A stretch of 36,406 bases of DNA from a virus. The translations under genes were made by a program, and so were the position numbers. Numbering within the stretch: the first letter of the stretch is position 1; every line of letters starts with the position of its first letter. Below the pieces are notes generated by a model. The model had not been told where the DNA came from. It saw only the letters and a list, made by a program, of their open reading frames with translations, and ran no database searches. This document shows positions 33,092 to 36,406 of this stretch, one piece after another. The stretch lies in the IMG/VR virus record IMGVR_UViG_3300027917_000013; one strand, 5' to 3'.

Positions 33092-33282
33092 TGTCCCGTC
33101 AAGGTAAGGTTGGATTTGCGGTCAAGTACAAAAAGGGAAAGACAACAAAGACCGTTTACGCAAATTCAAGAGAGGAGGCAAAAAACCTTGCCGCGTATTT
33201 GCTCAAAACAGGAAAAGCGGACCGGGTTTGGGTTTCCCCTTGCCCGGAAACCATTGACCAAGAGGAGGCGAGTATAAGCTAA
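33091..33282 (+). CDS. Small basic protein
   Basis: 63 aa from ATG 33091, which overlaps the upstream stop as TAATG. The ORF-track start at 33085 is a TTG two codons earlier. Confidence 0.6.
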   Translation: MSRQGKVGFAVKYKKGKTTKTVYANSREEAKNLAAYLLKTGKADRVWVSPCPETIDQEEASIS

Positions 33283-33300
33283 GTAAAAGCATCAACATTC

Positions 33301-33368
33301 GGACCGGGGTAATGCCCAAATGGACAAAATACATAATCCCCCATAATACCCCCAAATTACCCCGGTCC
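33301..33368 (+). promoter_or_regulatory. Long-range perfect inverted repeat (13-bp arms, 42-nt loop) in the largest early-operon intergenic gap
   Basis: The arms are GGACCGGGGTAAT (33301-33313) and ATTACCCCGGTCC (33356-33368). A T-rich tract (TTATTTTATTTTTT) lies about 15 nt downstream. Confidence 0.5.
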
Positions 33369-33405
33369 CCGTCTTTGCAATTATTTTATTTTTTGGAGGT
33401 CTAAA

Positions 33406-33534
33406 ATGAGAGGAAACCCGGAATTGATTGTGATAAGCCTTGCGTTTTTCTTGCTTGCCCTTTTTATCTTGATTGTAATGATTGCGCCTGATTTCGTTGA
33501 ATATGCAATGCGTTACTTTTTCGGGGTTTGGTAA
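33406..33534 (+). CDS. Small single-TM peptide (42 aa), absent from the ORF track
   Basis: My hand translation is MRGNPELIVISLAFFLLALFILIVMIAPDFVEYAMRYFFGVW. GGAGGT lies 6 nt upstream. The stop is 2 nt before the next ATG. Confidence 0.5.
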   Translation: MRGNPELIVISLAFFLLALFILIVMIAPDFVEYAMRYFFGVW

Positions 33535-33536
33535 CA

Positions 33537-34376
33537 ATGGCAAATTATAGGCAAATTCACGTTTCGATTTGGAAAGATACATATTTTTTGGAGCTTGACC
33601 CCAAGGAAAAGTTGCTTTTTGTTTACCTGTTTTCAAATGAATCGTCATCATTGGCGGGCATTTATGAAATATCAATAAAAGTAATTTGCTTTGAAACTGG
33701 GCTTGATAATGATTTCGTTGTAAATGCTCTTGATAAGTTTGAAAAGGATGAAAAAATTTACTACCAAAACGGTATTGTTTGGGTAAAGAATTTACGCAAA
33801 TACAACAAGGGAGGTCAAACGGTTTATAAGCGTGTTATTGCAGATATTCAATTAATTCCTGATTGCGAATTGAAAAAAAGATACCTTGATTATTATAGGG
33901 TAGATATACCCTATATATACCCTATGGATACCCTATCAAAAAACAATTCCTCTCTACAAGGATACCCTATGGATAGGGTATCCTATGAAATGAAATGGAA
34001 TGAAATAAAAGGTAATGAAAATGAAATGAAATTTAATGAAAATGACGAAACCGAAACCAAAATTGAAAACTGGGAGCCAACCCCTTACTCCCAACTTTCA
34101 ACCGCGTTTGTAAATGCAACCCGAATACCAGAATATTCGGGAGGAGCGCAAAAATGGAATGAGGCAATTACCGCAATGGTTGAGGTTGGCATTGAGCCCG
34201 AGGACGTTGAAAAAGCGGTTGAAATCCTTGACGAAAAGGATTACACGATTGTTAACCCCGGGTCCGTCCAAAATACCGCGTTGGATTGTATGCGGAAACG
34301 TCTTGGAAAATCAACCAAGGACCCGTTGAGGCAAACGGACAAATCCCGGTCAAAATACAAAGATTGGGAATCATAG
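33537..34376 (+). CDS. Replication initiator / replisome-organizer-like protein containing the origin
   Basis: 279 aa from ATG 33537. The N-terminus (YRQIHVSIWKDTYFLELDPKEKLLFVYLFSNESSSLAGIYEISIKVICFETGL) resembles winged-helix phage replication organizers. Iterons and an AT-rich tract lie inside the central linker, as in lambda O. Confidence 0.6.
   Translation: MANYRQIHVSIWKDTYFLELDPKEKLLFVYLFSNESSSLAGIYEISIKVICFETGLDNDFVVNALDKFEKDEKIYYQNGIVWVKNLRKYNKGGQTVYKRVIADIQLIPDCELKKRYLDYYRVDIPYIYPMDTLSKNNSSLQGYPMDRVSYEMKWNEIKGNENEMKFNENDETETKIENWEPTPYSQLSTAFVNATRIPEYSGGAQKWNEAITAMVEVGIEPEDVEKAVEILDEKDYTIVNPGSVQNTALDCMRKRLGKSTKDPLRQTDKSRSKYKDWES
33904..34045 (+). repeat. Putative origin of replication: iterons plus an AT-rich element
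   Basis: ATACCCTAT occurs at 33906, 33917 and 33928 (exact 11-bp phasing) and again at 33962. An inverted copy, ATAGGGTAT, lies at 33973, forming the near-palindrome GGATACCCTAT-GG-ATAGGGTATCC. Seven ATGAAA repeats follow at 33985-34045. Confidence 0.65.
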
Positions 34377-34394
34377 AAAAGAGGAGTCAAAAAA

Positions 34395-34850
34395 ATGAAT
34401 GAGATAACTGAAAGAATACTTGAGAAAACCAATAAAGCGGAGCAAACCCGGACCAATGAAATTTTCATTGATGACCCGCTCAACCCGTCCGAGCTTGCCC
34501 GCCTCATGTTGGATTGGGATAAACTGCAAAAACAAGCGGACACAATCAAAACTTGGATTGAATATCAGATAAGGGAAATCGCCAAGGAAACCGTTACGGT
34601 TGGCAACGTCCGTTGTACTTATTCCAAAGCGCGAATGTCTTACGAATACGAAACCGCGGCAATGGATAAACTCAAGGAATTTAAAACCGAGGAGCAAACC
34701 GCAATCTTGGCAAAGCATACCGAAACCGTAACAAAAACAAATTGGATTGCCATTGTAAAGGATTTGAGTATTGAAACGGATGAAATCCCCAAATCCCAGG
34801 TTGCGGACCCCAAAGCAACGTTAAAGGTTTTGGAATGGGAGGACAAATGA
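34395..34850 (+). CDS. Hypothetical protein
   Basis: 151-aa ORF preceded by AAGAGGAGTCAAAAAA. No family named with confidence. Confidence 0.75.
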   Translation: MNEITERILEKTNKAEQTRTNEIFIDDPLNPSELARLMLDWDKLQKQADTIKTWIEYQIREIAKETVTVGNVRCTYSKARMSYEYETAAMDKLKEFKTEEQTAILAKHTETVTKTNWIAIVKDLSIETDEIPKSQVADPKATLKVLEWEDK

Positions 34851-35398
34851 AAACCGCAAAAAGACCGGACCCAAAACCGCTTGGTGACCCAATCGGACAA
34901 GGGCTTGATGATTTTATGATTTCGCTTGAAAATCGATTGTCAAATTCTTGTTTATTTCTGTTATCAATATTGATTGCAATAATTGTATTTGCAATTTTCT
35001 TTGTTGCGCTTGTAATATTTTTTGATACCGCGGACGCGGCAAGCGCGCCCAGTAATGTAATCCATTTGCCCCTTGTAATGAATAATACACCCAAAGAGCA
35101 ATTTGTGATTGACAGGGTTGATTGCCCTTATGTTTTAATCAAGTATGTAAACCCGTCCTTGCAAATTGACAAATCATATTATGCGGGTATGTTGTCCGTT
35201 GATAAACTGGGCGGGGGGGACCTGGGTTTTACAACGGTTCATTGGTGGTATGACCAAGGTAATACAGTTTGGTATTGGGCATCTTATGATTTTGACATTT
35301 GGGGTTATTACTTTTTGGATGCTTGGGTTAAGGTCCCTGGGGGTTATGTTTGGGTTTCAAACGGGGATTTGCTTTGGTATCCATGCCCCCCGCATTGA
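34847..35398 (+). CDS. Membrane-anchored protein with a Trp/Tyr-rich ectodomain
   Basis: 183 aa from ATG 34847, which overlaps the upstream stop as ATGA. The TM segment is CLFLLSILIAIIVFAIFFVALVIFF. The C-terminus is aromatic-rich (HWWYDQGNTVWYWASYDFDIWGYYFLDAW). Confidence 0.7.
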   Translation: MKTAKRPDPKPLGDPIGQGLDDFMISLENRLSNSCLFLLSILIAIIVFAIFFVALVIFFDTADAASAPSNVIHLPLVMNNTPKEQFVIDRVDCPYVLIKYVNPSLQIDKSYYAGMLSVDKLGGGDLGFTTVHWWYDQGNTVWYWASYDFDIWGYYFLDAWVKVPGGYVWVSNGDLLWYPCPPH

Positions 35399-35407
35399 GG
35401 TTAACAA

Positions 35408-35821
35408 ATGGCAACCTTGATTCCTCCCAGTAAAGTAATAAGGGCAAAGCGGAGCAAGTCTTATACTTTTTATAATTTCAAATGGCATTTAATAGAGCCA
35501 ACCCAAAAAAGGAAAACGGTTTGCAACATTGTTTTGATTCAATCCATGCCAAACCCGGTTAAATGGGAGGTTGTCCCGCTCGAATTTGTGAAATCCCGGG
35601 ACATTTGTAAAATTTGCCTGGGCGGAATGGTTGCGAAAGATATAGATAATTACATAGACCCGCAAGAGTCCAAATATTATATTGCTTTTAAATGCGGTTG
35701 TTATTCCGCAATTGTGTTTACAGGAAAAGAAGATTTGAATAAAACAAAAACTTGCTTTTACTGTAATCGAAAATGGAAAATGATAGACATTTACGGGGTT
35801 GAGGTTGTTGAAATTAAGTAA
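35408..35821 (+). CDS. Cys-rich (Zn-binding?) protein
   Basis: 137 aa with CKIC, CGC and CFYC clusters. No family recognised. Confidence 0.7.
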   Translation: MATLIPPSKVIRAKRSKSYTFYNFKWHLIEPTQKRKTVCNIVLIQSMPNPVKWEVVPLEFVKSRDICKICLGGMVAKDIDNYIDPQESKYYIAFKCGCYSAIVFTGKEDLNKTKTCFYCNRKWKMIDIYGVEVVEIK

Positions 35822-35866
35822 ACCGCTTAAACCCCCGATTTTTTCAAGGGAAACGGTAAAATCGGT

Positions 35867-36139
35867 TTGAGGCATACCAAGACATATATGCTCAATAGAA
35901 AACGCCTAGACCCCCGTTTTTTTGAGGCAAAAAAGGAAATGAAACCAACAACCGCGTTTAACATCTTGAAAAAATGCTCAAGGGAATATATCAAGCTCAA
36001 AAACCTTGAGTTTGACGCGAATCTTTATGAAACCGGGCTTGCAGATTATCAACGGGCAAAAAACGCGTATGATGAAAGAAAAAAGATTGAAACCGCAATT
36101 GCGGAATTGGAAACGTTTTTGAAAGAGGAGTCAAAATGA
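35867..36139 (+). CDS. Hypothetical protein (start uncertain)
   Basis: The ORF-track start is a TTG at 35867, and the first ATG is at 35888. Neither has a clear RBS. The C-terminal part is coiled and charged. The stop overlaps the next ATG as ATGA. Confidence 0.55.
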   Translation: MRHTKTYMLNRKRLDPRFFEAKKEMKPTTAFNILKKCSREYIKLKNLEFDANLYETGLADYQRAKNAYDERKKIETAIAELETFLKEESK

Positions 36140-36381
36140 CAACGGTAATTGCCGCGTACAACTCGGACGGTTGCATTGGGCGTTGTGACTCAAAATGCCA
36201 TGATGCAATGTATCCTGATTGTGATTGTATTTGCGGGGGCAAAAATCATGGGGTTGGGCTCAAGCAAGCAATACAAAACAATCAAGACGTTTGGGATGAA
36301 TTGGTTGAGGAAATCAAAGACGTTACGGGCGCGAATACTGTAACCCGCAATGATAATTTTCAAATGGAGTTTGCTTTATGA
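36136..36381 (+). CDS. Small Cys-rich protein (C-x3-C-x3-C ... C-x-C-x-CGG-x-NHG motif)
   Basis: 81 aa preceded by AGAGGAGTCAAA. The cysteine cluster is GCIGRCDSKCHDAMYPDCDCICGGKNHG. I recall similar small proteins of unknown function in phage early regions. Confidence 0.75.
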   Translation: MTTVIAAYNSDGCIGRCDSKCHDAMYPDCDCICGGKNHGVGLKQAIQNNQDVWDELVEEIKDVTGANTVTRNDNFQMEFAL

Positions 36382-36406
36382 TTTATGTAATTTTGTTTGG
36401 GCTTGC
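36308..36406. repeat. Terminal direct repeat copy 2 (identical to 1..99)
   Basis: Same 99-nt string as 1..99. The CDS that starts at 71 starts again at 36378 in this copy. Confidence 0.9.

Noticed and set aside
33292-33675. 127-aa minus-strand ORF spanning the early-operon gap
   Set aside because: It is antisense to two well-supported plus-strand genes and crosses the inverted repeat and T-tract. It has no RBS, and it would be the only leftward gene inside the rightward unit.
35835-35865. Hairpin CCGATTTT-N15-AAAATCGG between two early genes, as a possible terminator
   Set aside because: The stem is only 8 bp, mostly A-U pairs, with a 15-nt loop and no following U-tract. That is too weak to call from sequence alone.
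1-36406. Search for a lysogeny module (integrase, CI/Cro pair, excisionase), tRNAs, a DGR (reverse transcriptase plus TR/VR) and CRISPR arrays
   Set aside because: No ORF shows integrase or recombinase catalytic motifs or reverse-transcriptase YxDD motifs. I saw no tRNA-like T-arm or acceptor sequences in the few non-coding gaps. Absence is based on reading by eye only and should be confirmed with tRNAscan-SE and HMM searches.

Overview
The window is a complete, circularly assembled tailed dsDNA phage genome. Its first 99 nt are identical to its last 99 nt, giving a unique length of about 36,307 bp. Gene content is siphovirus-like with HK97-type head genes. There are two transcription units. 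A leftward late operon (about 29.3 kb down to 2.6 kb, minus strand) carries, in order: lysis membrane proteins, a GH25 endolysin, TerS and TerL, a roughly 5.4-kb insert of modification enzymes plus an 894-aa repeat protein, a portal-MuF fusion, prohead protease, HK97 major capsid protein, a glycosyltransferase-methyltransferase fusion, neck proteins, major tail protein, G/GT chaperones with a -1 frameshift, the tape measure protein, and distal tail and fibre genes. A rightward early operon (29.4 kb through the window end, wrapping to about 2.4 kb, plus strand) encodes many small Zn-ribbon or membrane proteins, an RHH-like regulator, a replisome-organizer-like protein containing an internal iteron origin, and a PAPS-reductase-like enzyme. 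I recognised no integrase, repressor, polymerase, helicase, tRNA or CRISPR array. The most unusual observations are these. (1) A 131-aa mini-intein-like Hint/BIL domain sits inside the tape measure protein. (2) A protein-modification toolkit (two GT-A glycosyltransferases, two SAM methyltransferases and a CxxCxxCC protein) is embedded in the structural operon, next to an 894-aa propeller-plus-23-repeat protein. (3) The repeat motif of that protein recurs at the C-terminus of the tail fibre. All functional calls rest on motifs read by eye and on gene order. No database search was possible.
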